From the NCBI RefSeq assembly GCF_000150275.1, contig NW_002060943.1:6186937-6250936 (forward strand): 64,000 nt of DNA. Direction: 5' to 3'. Below the pieces are notes generated by a model. It searched no databases and was not told where the DNA came from. It saw nothing but the letters and a program-made list of their open reading frames with translations. The first letter of the stretch is position 1, and each line of letters starts with the position of its first letter. The stretch is from Trichoplax adhaerens. Its lineage: Eukaryota > Animalia > Placozoa. The translations under genes and the position numbers were made by a program. Below are positions 27,540-42,300 of the stretch, piece after piece.

Positions 27540-28583
27540 TAGACCTTACTAGCTATAAATAATTACGTATACTAATTACGCGAGTAAATCATGGGTGAAA
27601 TAGAACATATAACAGTGACTCTTTTAATGCCCCGATATTATGGTCAATGCGACTCATTCAATATTTTGTAACCATTGTATAATAGTAAACGATCATAAGT
27701 GGACGTAATATCCAGAAAAGTGTTTAATGGAAGATTTTGATATGACTATGAATATAAGCTTACATGACCTTTGTTAAATGTTAATTAATAATTATTACTT
27801 GTTATCACGCATTTTAAAATAATTTTTTAAAATTAGGTTTAAACAGTACAAAATACTGTATGATGTGCTACGGTTTCAAATTTTATCTACAGTATGAATT
27901 GTTATCAGAACTCCTGTAAATGCTGTATGAAGAGATTGAGGTTTTACCTTATTAAAAGAATTTCTAACTTATTCTCTTAACTTTGGTGACATCGGAGCTG
28001 AGCTTATAGATGGCATCGTTTGATGAGATAAGTCGAAAGTAGTCAAGAGGCTTTAGCAATTACAGTACCTTCCCTACCAACACTGCCTTTATGATGTACG
28101 CAGTCATTAGCAATAGCCGAAACTGATATAGGACACATTAACTGTTTGATATTGCACCTACTAATAGATTACGCAATCCAATTGCAGTATTTAGTCTAGC
28201 AATACGTAACGTATGCAATATAAACCTAAACTTGCAAGTATCTTGCGACATTTATAGGAAAGCTAATAATACCCTTAAATCATAATCAAATGCTATACCC
28301 AATTCATTCAAAGGCAAATTAGTTATGATAGCAAATTACGATCAATACATTAGATCTCATAATGCACTGTAGTATATTGTTGCAGTGAGATGATGTATAC
28401 AGAATAAATATAGCCTTACCAAGCATCGGATAATAATTACTTTATAGCCATTTAGAAATGAACATAATAAACTTACATAAATACGAGTACACAGATCAAA
28501 ATATGTCCAATTTAAACCTTCAAAAGAAATCGTTTAGACATCTTTGAAGTTCCAAACAGGAACATTAACATTCATACAACTAA

Positions 28584-30830
28584 TCAACCATTTTGCTGAT
28601 AAACGTGATCTAAAAATCCTTTACATGATTGCAAGCACTGCTCATAAACTTTTTCAAAGGCAGTCAAATTATGACTCTAAAATGAGATAAGACGCCATGG
28701 TTAGTAAATTGAAAGTCAACAGGAACATTAACTATATGATACTTTATCAGTAGTTATTTTAGTTTTTAACACTCAAAAGCAGTCCAGACATGGGTAAATA
28801 CAATTTATAGTAAAAGCAGGATGAATTAAATGACACGACTTACATAATAAGGGTCCTGAATTATTTTCTGCTTATCTCCACTAAAGCTTCCTAGCAGATT
28901 GATAGAAGCAGTAGAATTTCGAGGGGACATGTGCTTTATATTTCTACGTAGCATAAAATAGCAGTGTATATAAAATATTACCACGCTACAGTATTAAGTC
29001 AAATAACAAAACCATTTTACTTTACGCTACTAAACATCCTTCTTTTCTACAATTTTAATTTGCTAACATAGCATTGGCCATTGCTAATTTTTCCTTATAC
29101 ACATGTGAATATTATGCCATTACTAGCATGGTCATATAGTTGATATTATAGTATTTAAGCATTCAAAAAAAAAGCTTAATAATTAAATCTACCTAACATT
29201 AGAACGGCTATTACAACTGCAAATAGAACTTTACCTGATGTTACTCTCATCCATACCAAAGATAAACTCAAACTTTGTGTAATCTTCCGTACGAATCTGT
29301 TAAGAGCACGATAATAAAGTTGTTATCAAAGTGTTAGCAAGATAGATTTCATTTGACAGATGCAGTTACTCGCGAAGTAATTATGCAAATAATGGGGTAC
29401 TTAAGGATAAGAAGAAAAATCGACCTGTCTAGCAAAATGAGAATAATCTTGTATGTTATGACGCGATAGTACGGTCATTGTTCTATCATCAGGTGGTTCT
29501 CCAATTTCATATGTTGATGTTGCAGCACTGCCAATTTCCCACTGAAAGATTTGCGGTAAGTTAGAGTATATCTATGTTATCGTGATGAGTTTAAACAGCA
29601 TGGCACGTTTCTAACATTATAATCACGCAGTTCACAATATACTCGTACAAAGCAGAAAATTTATAAAAATTTTATACAATAACTTGAGATACGTCAGTAT
29701 TTCGCAACTTCATGTAGTTAAGAGATATTTTATTAATAAGTACATTTCAATTCAACTTAATATACAGTATAAATATACAGTAATAACTTGTTTGATATCT
29801 CAGATCCGTTGCCTTATGTGTTAAAAGCATATATCTAACGTGGACTGAAATGAAGTGGTAAGATTTTACATGGATTACTAGAAATGACAAAAATGAAAGT
29901 AGTATCTATTAGTCTACGAGTATAGCAAGAGCATAACGAACGCTATTGCATCACAGGTCTATCAAAGATGTTTCCTTTTTAAAGTGATCTGATTCATTCT
30001 TCATTTTTATATGTTTACAACCTCATTCATAATGCCACGTTCCTTTACTAGGTTGATAAAGATACCCTCAGCCATTGTCGATCGACAAATATTACCTGTA
30101 ATAGCAAGATATGGCAAAAAATCAAAAAATTTATAATTTACATAACGGATCCGTATCTATTGAAAATAAGGGAAGTCAAGGATCAATACCAGCTGAACTA
30201 GCTAACTATGTACGCATCCTATTGCATAGACAATAAAATGTCCTCTTTGTGTAAGACGTTGTAGTAAATACTTTATGATCGATCTCAATTTACTTGTTGC
30301 CTATGTAGCATCTATCAATGTTATCTTGTGTATGGTGTATAGTAGTGATACTTTATAGCAGATCTTATTTGCGCAAACCTGAGCACTGGACTCGTGTGTA
30401 GTTAGCTAATTTATTTGGAGTCTTAATACATGCATTTCAATGGAATCCCTGCAGAATACATATGGTAGAGTATACAGCACAGTATACGATATATTGTACA
30501 ATATGCATGTAAGGCATAACATTGAAAAACACTAATCTGCAAACTAATTGTACTAATATCATTTTTCTATATGTATATATTATACAGTACACTAACGATT
30601 AATTAAGTTAATTAATCATAATACGAGTATAAAATACTTCAACTGAGCAGCTTTGTTCATAATAGTAGCATCGAAGCAGCAGCTAGATTGTGCAAATGGT
30701 CGAACAACAATACAGTCAACGCAAGACAGAAATGGGCGGATATTCAGCAATCTACTCTACAATAGCTGGTTAATATTAATCCTATTTTCAGAATACCTAA
30801 GCATACAAATAAAACCGAATGTTTGGCCAT
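28584..30830 (-). CDS. ACP1: Low-molecular-weight protein tyrosine phosphatase, canonical, 6 exons
   Basis: Spliced protein: MAKHSVLFVCLG|NICRSTMAEGIF...|WEIGSAATSTYEIGEPPDDR...HFARQ|IRTEDYTKFEFIFGMDESNIR|...LLGSFSGDKQKIIQDPYY|SHNLTAFEKVYEQCLQSCKGFL. The CLGNICRS P-loop and DPYY loop are intact. The ORF track misses it because the exons are short. Confidence 0.95.
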
Positions 30831-30919
30831 GATTTCTTTGGTGATTGGATACCGAGAAGCTTCAATTTGTGCTATCCAATACTGAGTGAGCCAAGAGCTA
30901 GTTCTTGAGTGAGCTCATG

Positions 30920-31350
30920 GAATCTGGTACTGTACACTGTACACTTGTACTGTACTGCAGTGTATAGTACTGTACAAAGTGTACGAGTGAGTGTGCGTAC
31001 TGTGCATACAGTACAGTGTACAGTACATCTTAAGGGGTGCTTTGTACTGTACAGTATCTTAACACAATTTTTTGGTCCACCGCCCAGCTGTCTTTTCTGT
31101 CCGTATCAGCACCAGATACGTACAGTAATTGTACACTATCCAGCTGTCCTTTCCTACCGTGTCAGCACCAGATGCGTACCGTACTGTACAGTACAGTACT
31201 GTACAGTACAGTACAAGACACTGTCATTGTACAATACAATATACTGTACTGTGCTGTGACGAGAAGATGAAAAGTGAAGTGCCGTACCGTACTGTACTGT
31301 ACCTTCTTCTACTGGTACCGGTACAGAAAACATGGAGTACAGTACTGTAA
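30920..31350. promoter_or_regulatory. TACAG/CTGTA island in the ACP1/INTS12 divergent promoter, containing a 56-bp-period direct repeat
   Basis: Dense gtactgtacactgtac/tacagtac runs. ccagctgtc.tt.c..ccgt.tcagcaccagat.cgtac occurs at ~31084 and ~31140. Confidence 0.6.
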
Positions 31351-31518
31351 AGTCACACTACGGTACCAAATGCAACTCAAACTGCGGGTCAGCTCCATTG
31401 TGCTCCATTGCGCGGTACAAATGTAATGAACACGTCGAGATTTCAACAGTGTCAAAGTGCCAACGATCACGTTAAGACGTAGACAGTGTACCATTGCGGC
31501 CTTTAGTGTATCCACACT

Positions 31519-34150
31519 ATGGCTACCGTGAACACCATACCATTAGATCCTCAATTCGTCAAGGCGTTAAAGCTACTTCATTCGAAAAATGAAAATGCAA
31601 AAGATCAACTCTTACAGCTCTATCAGGAGGTAGTCAATAATGCTAAAGCCATGGAATCACAGAAGGTAAGAAAAATTTTTTTTCCAATGCCGCGTTCGTG
31701 GTTTTGGCGAACCATTGTACCTAGCCACAGTACTTTATACTGTAAACGACGTACTGTACACTGTACACTTGACATGCCGCTCCTATTCTTATGGCACTCT
31801 ACTGTCTGATACATCCAGTTGCAATGATTAACTTTAACTGATTGAATGTAAACCACTAAAAAAGAGCTCATTAGATTGCTATCAACTACGCAATCGCACA
31901 CGATCAAACTATTTGTATAACATACGGTACTGTACATATATATATATATACAGTATTACAGCATATATACTATATATATATATATATACGTAGTTATTAT
32001 ACTGTATACATACAGCATTATATTATACAGTATATACGCGTATATACAAAATTATAAAATACAAATTATATGAATGGCATTGAGGTAAAACCAACTATGC
32101 CAATGTTGATGACAGCGACGTTTGAACTGATTTTTCCAATAAATATCAGAGTTATGCAATACCGAACTAGGGATTGAACACTTAAGAATGCATGTCGTAC
32201 AAACATACGCATGTATTGGTGTTTAAAATTGAAAAAATGTTTAATGGACATTTCTGTAAAAGTGCATAATTAATAGCAAACATTGTATACAAGGGCCATA
32301 CATGAGCACGACAGCATTAAGTACAAAATTGATTAAATAGAAAAGAACATTGATAGGCCATACGTATACACGTACTATTGTGATACCGAGATCGATAAGA
32401 ATCTTTGTACAATTATAAATAATTGACTCAAAATGCAGTAAGGAATGACAGCATATAAATGCAAAATATAGCTTCCAAAAATAGTGATAGTTTATTGATA
32501 AATTAATGGTTGCACCCGTCAGCACTTACTACTATGACGCCGAGACTCCTGTAAAAAGTCATTTTAAATGTATATATACTCAATTTATTAATACAATTAG
32601 ATAGTTGTTTTAGTTAGTAACAATAATAAGGTCAAAATTAAGCTAATGCCTTACACTCGTATGCCTTTGTATCTATGTATTTCTGAAAGGACCGGAAAGT
32701 TACCGTTGCCGGAAGCAGGTATAGCGAACAAATGAAGAACAAGCCTATGATACGACCTTATGGGGGCGCAAAAACAACAGTAGCTCCTATCATTGGTAGA
32801 AAACCAACTATGCAAAGCATTTCCAATAATGATTCCAAATCGAAGGATATTACTATCCGTACTGATGACAAAAGCATGAAAGGAAAGAGTACAGTCCATA
32901 TGGATTTAACTTGGGGATCATCTTGTTCTGTCTGCAAGTATGTTATAATAAATTAAAAAAATTATTTAAAGACCTCAGCACACCATTGGCAACTTAATTT
33001 CTAGTCTAAAGTGAATAAATTGAATGCAGCTACTGCAGCACTAGCTTTCGATTGTAGATTTTAAGCACGATTACTAAGCAGGCTGGGCGTTCACTGAAGT
33101 ATACGGGTTGGTTAATTTGAGATAATTTCTACCTTCTAGAAAAGCAAACTCCAATCCTGGTAATCAGCTAGTCGAATGTGAAGAATGTCATACCAGATAT
33201 CATCAGGTAATAAAGGAACGGGCTTGATTATGATAATTGAACAAATGATTATCTCTTAGTACAGTATAGCGTCGAGGCCCATTTTATAAGTTCCAAAGTA
33301 ATTGTACACTTCGTTCGTAAAATGATGTGACAGATCGTTAGCTATCATGTGACTGGCACCACAAAAATTGAGGTAGATGTAGAATTAAATAACAATGTTT
33401 TTCGTAACTTTCAGAGTTGCCATAGTCCTCCTGTTGCTGACAAAGATGTTAGCGATTTAAGAGGTGTATGGTATTGCGTTTCCTGCTCGGAAAGGATGAA
33501 AGAAATGGTATGAAAATATTAACTGATATCTTCTTAATAGATAGTAATAGATAGTAAATGCTTAATTTCTTCTTATATCTTGATTTGATTATTCATACCA
33601 CACGTGCTCCTAATATGTGTCAAGCACGATTCTCAATTAACAAGCTGATATTTATTTGATTTAGACAACTCGTCAAATATCCACCGAGAATAAACAAGTA
33701 CCCAATCAAGGATCTAGAATCTCAATTGCAGTCCAACGACCTTCTCACAAGGGAACATTAAGCTTTGAAGCTAAAGTCTGTACTTATATTACAGATTGTG
33801 TAAAAATTGTATGAGATAATAGTATTTATCGCAACTATCACTCTGTTCTTAGATAAGCGAATTTTTATCAAGTCAGTCATCCAATAGTGGTGCTAATAAG
33901 GGCTCTACGGGTAAACTCGTTAAACATACCGAAAAAAATTTCGTAGATAAATTTATTTTCAAATTATTTTATATGAATGCGAACTAATTATAATTATAAA
34001 TATCTAGGATCGACTCTCAGTCAGATGAGACCTACCACCACTACGAGCGCTATTGCCAGTAGGCTAAATTCAGCCTTAGCTACACAAGCTTCGATCAAAC
34101 CGCCTAAAATCCAGTTACTTAAGAAACCAAATCCAAGCAATAATAACTGA
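31519..34150 (+). CDS. INTS12: Integrator complex subunit 12 (PHD finger)
   Basis: N-terminus LDPQFVKALKLLHSKNENAKDQL. Spliced PHD finger CSVCK..[42 protein letters not shown]. Stop at 34148-34150. Confidence 0.92.
31935..31990. repeat. (TA)n microsatellites in INTS12 intron 1
   Basis: catatatatatatatac and tatatatatatatatatac. Confidence 0.85.
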
Positions 34151-36369
34151 TAGAATGTGAATCATCTTTTATCTATGTCTAACAAATTAATAAGAAATAT
34201 TATAAATTTTATATCGTGACATTATCGTTCAATTTATAAAACTGTAAAGTATATTTGATGAATTTATGTTCAATAATCTCATTCTCATTGTATTATTTCA
34301 CAATTCTGAATTGCTGTACGGTATAATATGTTTAACTTCGCATTATTATCCCCAAGAAATTTTATAACTTTATTACAGCATTAAATGTGTGCTGTTCGAG
34401 TCAAATTAATTCATGCAATTCGACGTAATGTCTATCCTGTAAATTTTTAAAATTGTGCTAATAATTGTGATTCTGTGATTCTGGTGCTATTAATGCGTGA
34501 AATGATCTTTCTCGACCCTTACGAAAAATTAATTGATATACTGTACACGTATATACAGTATGTATTTATGTAATGTAAATAAAAAAACTTCGGCTACTCT
34601 CATATTGTGCAGTTGTGGAATTTTTTTCCTGAAAGTACACGTACTCTGCCCTCATATCGCCTTTGGTCTATTAAGGGGTAAAGAGAAAATTACATGATGC
34701 TGTATAACTTGCCTATCTTCCAATACTGTACGTTCTAAATATATCTACCATTTCTTGTCCGATTTTTACTCCCTTAGTTCGTTGGATAATTAGTAAAACT
34801 TCATTTATATTGATTAGCATATGATGTGATGACAACTAAATATTTTTACCAAGTATACGCGGATAAATTATTTCCAACACATCAACAGTATCTAATAAAG
34901 GCCTTACAAAAAAGAAATAATTTGTCGTAAAATAGGTATATTGCAGAATTTGTAACTACGAAGGAATATTTGGTAATAGCAACATGTCTGTATGTAGTCA
35001 GAGTATTTATTGCATTTCAGCATTACTTATATTTGATCTTAAAAATCTTTTAAATTGAGCGATACCGATTTAGTGGCAAAAACTCAGTCTTGAACAAATT
35101 TTAACTAGGAATAATACCATTTAACGATTACCGCATGTAATATATTTAATATGCACTTATGACAGAAGTAATACCGTCGTAGAAGAGCAAACGTTTCTGT
35201 TGGATACAAATCAATCTTCGTTAGCAGAGTTAACTGAGTGAAGAAGTCTTTTATTTAAGCAAAAGATTCCTTAAAGCGATCGCACTGTTTGCGTCTGACC
35301 ATGAACGATACAATTCTAATTAAGATGGTTAATACAGTGCAGACTGTACTGCAAACTACGAAATACTCTATGCTTAATACAATTCTGATAACAAATGCAA
35401 ATTAGTATATCCTAGTCAAAATAAGAGAATCAATTGAAAATGATGCGAAAAAAATTGAATTAAGAAGGTATATAACGAAAATAAACAATTTAGATATCGT
35501 TCATGGCATAACGATTCAACGAATAAAATATTACCGTGCATTATAATCGCTATATTAATTGATAGTTTTCCTATTCGCACACCATCACACAATTAGATTG
35601 ACATGAGAAAGATATCCCATATATATATCATTGTTTTCAGTCGACAGGATAGGAGTAAAAAAGAGATACAGCCACATGAAAGATATTGGTAAGTTTAAGA
35701 ACAACAAATATCAGCGTACTGAAGCTTTACTAGTACAATATTTGAACACTCTTATCAATGTCTTACCTATTGAAATTGTGAACACTTTCAATCAATAGTT
35801 CTACTTAATAGTATATTAGCAAGCGCTAACCTTGTACTAATAACTCTATAAAAGTATACTATACGAAATTTATGGATTATATATACAATTTTAATTTCTT
35901 GCATAATAACTTAAAGCTAAATGGTTAGCCTAATTTTAACATATTATTGAATAAAAAGAATTTACTCTGATTTTTAGAAAGAAAACACCGTAAACAAAAT
36001 ATTTTCAATCCCACTTTAATCTTAGGGAGTTGAACCAGCTACAACAAAATCACATTAATTTACGTAACTTGTTTGACTGTGGGCAGGCAAATAATGTAAA
36101 ATAGAGAAAAAGAATTTACTATGCAATATTATTAGTAGCGTATAAATAGATAGAAATACATATATACTGTATGTATATATTTGTTTAGATAAATAAAGAA
36201 TTGTTTAGGGTATGTACCTATATGCACACAGTAGAATGAAGAAAAGCATTTAAAAATGAATTGACAACAGAATAAAATAACAATTAAAACCTGATTGAAA
36301 ATCTGTCCAATCGACCTTTATGCGTACTTTTATCTGATCATAACTACCCATACGTAAAGTATTTTCCCT

Positions 36370-39300
36370 TTATGCTTTCTGTCCAGTAACAAAGTCTAAG
36401 AATGTATTACAAGATCTCCAACATTGTTGAAATACATGCTCGTAATCACTTAAATTTCCCTAACACAGTAATTAAAAAATAATAAATTTTTTTCAATACA
36501 AATAACAAACAGAGTGATACCCAAATTGGATAAGAACAAATTTGTATTTTATACTTTACTACTCAACAAAAAATATTTATTCAATGTTATTTTTATTCTT
36601 TATAATAGTTCAAAAATTACGTTCAACTGTATGCGAATGATTAAGAAATTATTATCATTACTGAACTATAGAAATCTATGTTAAATTCCCTACTTTGATT
36701 AGGAAAGGTAACAAAATATTTTACTAATCATCATCTTAGGGAATTTCAATTTATAGTATGGTTAATTATCCTTACCAAACGAGGATTGATAATAATAGCT
36801 GGATTATTTGGATCGAAAGCATTCCAGTCGTTACAGTCAAAGATAGGATCTACAACGATTCTTTCTCCTTTAGGATCGTAATTGCCCAATAATTCAACTT
36901 TCGCCTTACAACCATGTGGTAATTTCTCCTTAGCTAACCTAATATTAGATCATATATGTGTAAATATAAATCATTAATATCTATATTAAATGGCCGCATA
37001 GTTATATAACATTAAAGCCAGTAAAAATAATATCTACGGGTCAATCGACATTCTCAATCATATATTCAACGACAACAAAGCCAGTTACAAAGAAAGACCA
37101 AACTAAATAATTTAGCAATTACATCATTATATCAAGAACTATTCTTATTTATTGACAGTGGGTAAAGGCTAAATTCAAAAACTTTCTCCCATACAGACAT
37201 AGATGTGCGTAACAAATGTGAATTGTTACTATTCATGTTCAACAAAATTTTAGATTTGTTATGAAATGAGATAAGGATAATTTTTTGTTAAATATTCTAT
37301 TCTGTACAAAGTTAACATTTATTATTATGCAGATAATACCAAGTTTTAATAAGGTTGGGAATATTTCAATTTTCGATTACATGTATTTATTACGTTAACC
37401 AAATGAAGGGATCAGATACATCAAATTACTAATCGTCATCCTGCGATCAGTAATGAACAATCCCTCTTTAATTAATGATGAAGATAGCTATTATCCATAG
37501 CCATGCAAAAATAATTGGAGTATCGATAAAAGTAAAGTGAGGCTTATCCAATGAGAGTATATTAAAATCGTTAGAATATAATATCATAAAGCGTTCTGAT
37601 ATTATTGCATGACATTTATTATAAAGATGACTTATAACGGGAAATTCTTACAAAAATTGCTAATTATATCCTGCTCTATTCGGTTTTCTTTAAAAGTTAC
37701 TAAGAGCAAAAATTATTATTCCCTGTAGATATGCAACTGAGACATAAATAAACTCAAGACATTATCTGATGCAAGGAAGTACATCGCTACTTCTCGCTTC
37801 GTCGCTATATTGTAACCTTTGAGTAAATTATTATCATACGAGCATATTGCAACCACAGGTAATTGCTACTTAAATTATTTCATAATATTGTCATTATTTT
37901 TATATAACGATGTAAACAGTTATTAACCGATTTTTATGATATCATTTATATCAAGGAATAAATTATTGTTAATAATGTTGGTCTGCTTCTTAACATATCA
38001 GGATACTTTAATAAGTTTTTATACTGGAAAGGAAAAGGTTCTTGACTGATCGCTATAATCTAGTTTATGTCTAGTCGGTAGATCATTCTCAATTTTCATT
38101 CATAAACACATACTACTTAAATCAAAACGTAATACGTACATAGAAAGATTATTTTATACAAAGACGTAAAATAATTGCCAACTAGTCATCTAGGCATAAA
38201 ATATTTCGAAGAATTACTCTTAAATGTCTAAATTACACTTAGATGCTGACATTGCTGTTATAAACAAAGAAATAAATTAGTTCTAAATGGGTCATTATAA
38301 TATAGTCTACATTAATGAGAAAATGCGGCAAAAACTTGAAAGCCATTACTATTGTTGTTATATTTATGAATGCAGATAATTATTGACTAGTCATAAGGCT
38401 TGCGGGATTTAAAATTTCTTGTAGGAGTTAATTAAAATAATAAATCATTATAATAAAATTTTCAGGTATAAAGACCATCATATGAATTATTTTCAAGGTG
38501 TTATAATCGATGTTTTAGACAAGGTAAGGGGTCTTCTTTATAATGTAATATATATACATACATCTATCACTATAGCCTTAAACTGTATATTTCTAGTCAT
38601 TAGGTACGATAGCATAAATTTCTTGATATTGCTATCTACAATTGTATAAAAATGAGTAGTTACGAACTACCTGCTATAAATTTAATCTTTTTTTCAGAGG
38701 AAATTATTAAGTTTAAGTTAAAAAATAGTTTTCTAGCTAATCTCAATATCTAGATCGATGTTGTAAGACCCGATCAGCTAAGTAGAATTTATAAATTACT
38801 TTAATATGCATTTCTAGTCATTATAATGGAAATATGACAGCATCATTTTTTTTATAGTGTTATCTACGCTTTCATAGAGAGGTAAACAGTTATTGGTTAG
38901 CCGTCATAATTTGAATCTATAGCTAGGAGTAAATTATTGTGTTCGAATTAAAATAAGTTCTTCTAGCTAGTCTCAGTACCTAGTTCGATATTATTTTTGT
39001 TTTGGGATTCTATCCAGTAAAGAAATTTAGATAGCGATGATTCACAGTTTCAAATAATTTAAAATTGAATTGATGTTTGATATGCCTGCTTCTTATTTTA
39101 ACATCATGATAGCCTCATGTACTTCTATAGAAATATTAATTCATCTGATTCGACGGACTCATCGTAATTCATGATCACAAACTTTCTATAGTATGATGAA
39201 AGGATCGCTTTGCTCGAGTTTATTGTTTCTTTTATTCTTATGAGCTTACCTTAAATTATCTTCATCCATGCATAAAATATAGCGATAACGTTTAAAATCA

Positions 39301-42300
39301 TCATGGCAAAGCTATTATTATGAACGAATAATAGATCATTGCAGTTAACATAATATTATATAGATAATACTATACGTAGGTCGTCACAAGTTAATAAATC
39401 TTTACATAGATTAAAAACTATACTTTGCGATGGAGTAAATTTATTATGTGATGGAAAGTCTACTTTAAGCTCATTAGTATTGTTCCGTTACATTTAAGTA
39501 TATAAGTTATGCACTCGCTGAGTTTGTTTTACTTTTAATTATTCAGGAAAGATTTTTATCTCTCAATAACATGTTGAGAATTTTTAAAGTATAATTGCAT
39601 AATGATAATCCAATGGATCGTAACCATATCGATTGACTGCATTTATGGTTTTGTTAAAGTTGAAAACAATATATTGATATTAATCTTTCAAAATTAATTA
39701 TTCAGCTAGCCATAGTTGATATACACCTATTTCATAACATTATTACTATTTGGCCTAGTTGGCCAGTAATGATAAGAATACTGTACCAAGTTAATAAATG
39801 TGATGATCAGTAGTAGCTGGTCGTTTATTATTGTATTGATATACTTACTTTTCGTGACGGATGAAGACGTGGCTTAATATGATTATCCTCGAGGACGGTA
39901 ATTGTACATGGGCTAACGGGTTGTTGGTGAGTTGCTTCTGAGCTAACACCAGAACTAGCTATATCCCACTATATTATTTAATCCCAGCACAGGGTAAGAT
40001 AAAAAATGATTATCAAGAAGACATCAAATGTATAAGAAAAAAATTAATTCATGAGCTGATTAAATCTTGTGAATTACAAAAAGAAGTACAGTGTAAAAGG
40101 AAATGGATTTGCCGACTATAGATTATCATAATAAAAGTCTAAATGCGCAAAAAAAATGGAAATCATTTGCCTAAATCTATAAACTAACTGAAGATGTGCA
40201 GTATGGAATCAATAAAATTGTATCGGCATATATTATCGTAATAAAGTCCTAATAGTACAGTGAAAAAAATAGAGCATTCCTCTTAAATAAAATCTTGTGA
40301 TGATTTTTTATGAGACAGAGACGGACTGGGCAAATGATAAAATAAAATGCTAATATTATTATTTGTTATTACACTAGACATGGATGCAGGATAATATTGA
40401 TAACAGCAAATCGGAAATAAGAATGGGAATTAAAAGACTTTATAATGACTGTCTATGTATATTGTGAATACAACTATAAGTTGGTAGGTAAAGAGGAAAA
40501 TGAAACAGAACGATGAGACCAAATGATCATTACCTAGACTCAAAGCAGTACTACAACAATTTCTATGCTTATAACAGATACCAAAATAGCCATTGATAAC
40601 AGTTGCAATGGTGGTAGAAAATTTCAATCATTTATCCTATGTATTTCTTGAATTATTTTAAAATTTGCACTCATCCCTCCCCCATACATCTTAAAATTAT
40701 CGTTAACTATTGTCATAGCAAAAATAATTATACTAATAAGACAATCAAGCAATCCTTATTTATTTTACCTTATTCAATTCGCTACGTTGTTCTACTAAAT
40801 GGTAGAAGATCGCTTCGGCCATTGGAGAGCGTTGGATATTAACTAAAATGGATTCAAAAAAGAAACGAAGCAATTTTATTTTGGATCTAATCGAATCTTG
40901 GATAACAACATAGTAAAAGTCAATATAATGAGTCATCACCAGACATATCATAATATGCAGACATTACATTGATTATCATCCGATGACCATTACAAGACAA
41001 ATTGTTTAATAAACAAGATAAGGGTATAGAAATTAGATGGTGATCATCATCGTGTTGACATTGATTATCGATTGAGGTAGGTGGGCAGGGAAATAAAATC
41101 AAAATGTTGCCAATTTATGCACGTTCAGTTACAAATACGAGTCAACGATGAGTTTTAGACCCCGATGCTCTATTCCATAAAAATAAACAGTCGAAAATGG
41201 ATCGAGTAGATTCCTAAGTTAAATCGAAAAAGATTACCCTAAATTTATCTTACTTTAGAATACGACTACGCTCATTTTGTCTCTATTACATGAATTATTA
41301 TCATTATAAAATTCAAGTTAGTTTATTAATATTACATCACTAACCCTGTACTGTATTAAATCAACAATTTCACTTATTATTATAATCGTAAGTTGGACTT
41401 TATCAATCACTAACAATTTAAGCTAAACTTACTGATTCTCCTATTTTTTTGGCTATTTAATAAAGCTTGATATAATTTGAACTCATATAGAATCGCTACA
41501 AATGATCAGCTCATGTTTGTCGTTCTAGCAATAGAAGTAATAGTAGGCGATGCTAAGTAAATACATCTTTGCCATCAAAATCTACTCTTACAAAGACAGA
41601 GAAGAGCGCAAAGCGATATCACGGCTATCGAAAGGCCAATTTAAAAAGTACAGCCATTGGGGAATGATAGCTGATGACAAATAGAAACAATAACTTGAAA
41701 TTTACAAGACAAGTAGAGAGATAATTGAAAAGATATTAGTCTTGCTCGGAAAATTGTCAGTGTTGATGATTAATTGTATGCTTATTGGAAGGGGATAATC
41801 GAGTTGAGAGTTGTTACTAAAAATCATTATTTTAGTCACGATGATTACAGCAGTTGAATAATTGAGTATTGGGAATAGACGTACATTATTCCAATATTTT
41901 ACAGTATTATTATTCCTGTAATAATAAAGCAAGGTAAACGATTGTTTTTTCTGCTTTTAAAAAGGAAATTTTCTCTACGAGACAAGATCTTCCATATGGA
42001 AAGCAAACTAAAAAGAACTTTGGGCGATGATCAAATCTCTACGTGATAGTAGATGAGCAGCCAAACTTGTGAACATTGACGTATGAATCGAATACAAAGA
42101 TCAAGCTAGTGGATAATGAAATTGCTTTTCTACGTTATTTATCCACTTTATCCAACGATAATTCAGTTCATAAATATAAAGAAATAGCGACTGCTTAGGA
42201 AAGCTCATTGACTCGATTATCAATCATCACGAAATCGAACATGTAAGTATTCATAATAATGCATAAAAAGATAGAGACGATAGGAATGAGTATCTGGATT

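Noticed and set aside
30909-31350. Overlapping ORFs rich in YCTVQ/STVLY (also 62041-63234)
   Set aside because: These are artefacts of stop-poor TACAG/CTGTA low-complexity DNA.
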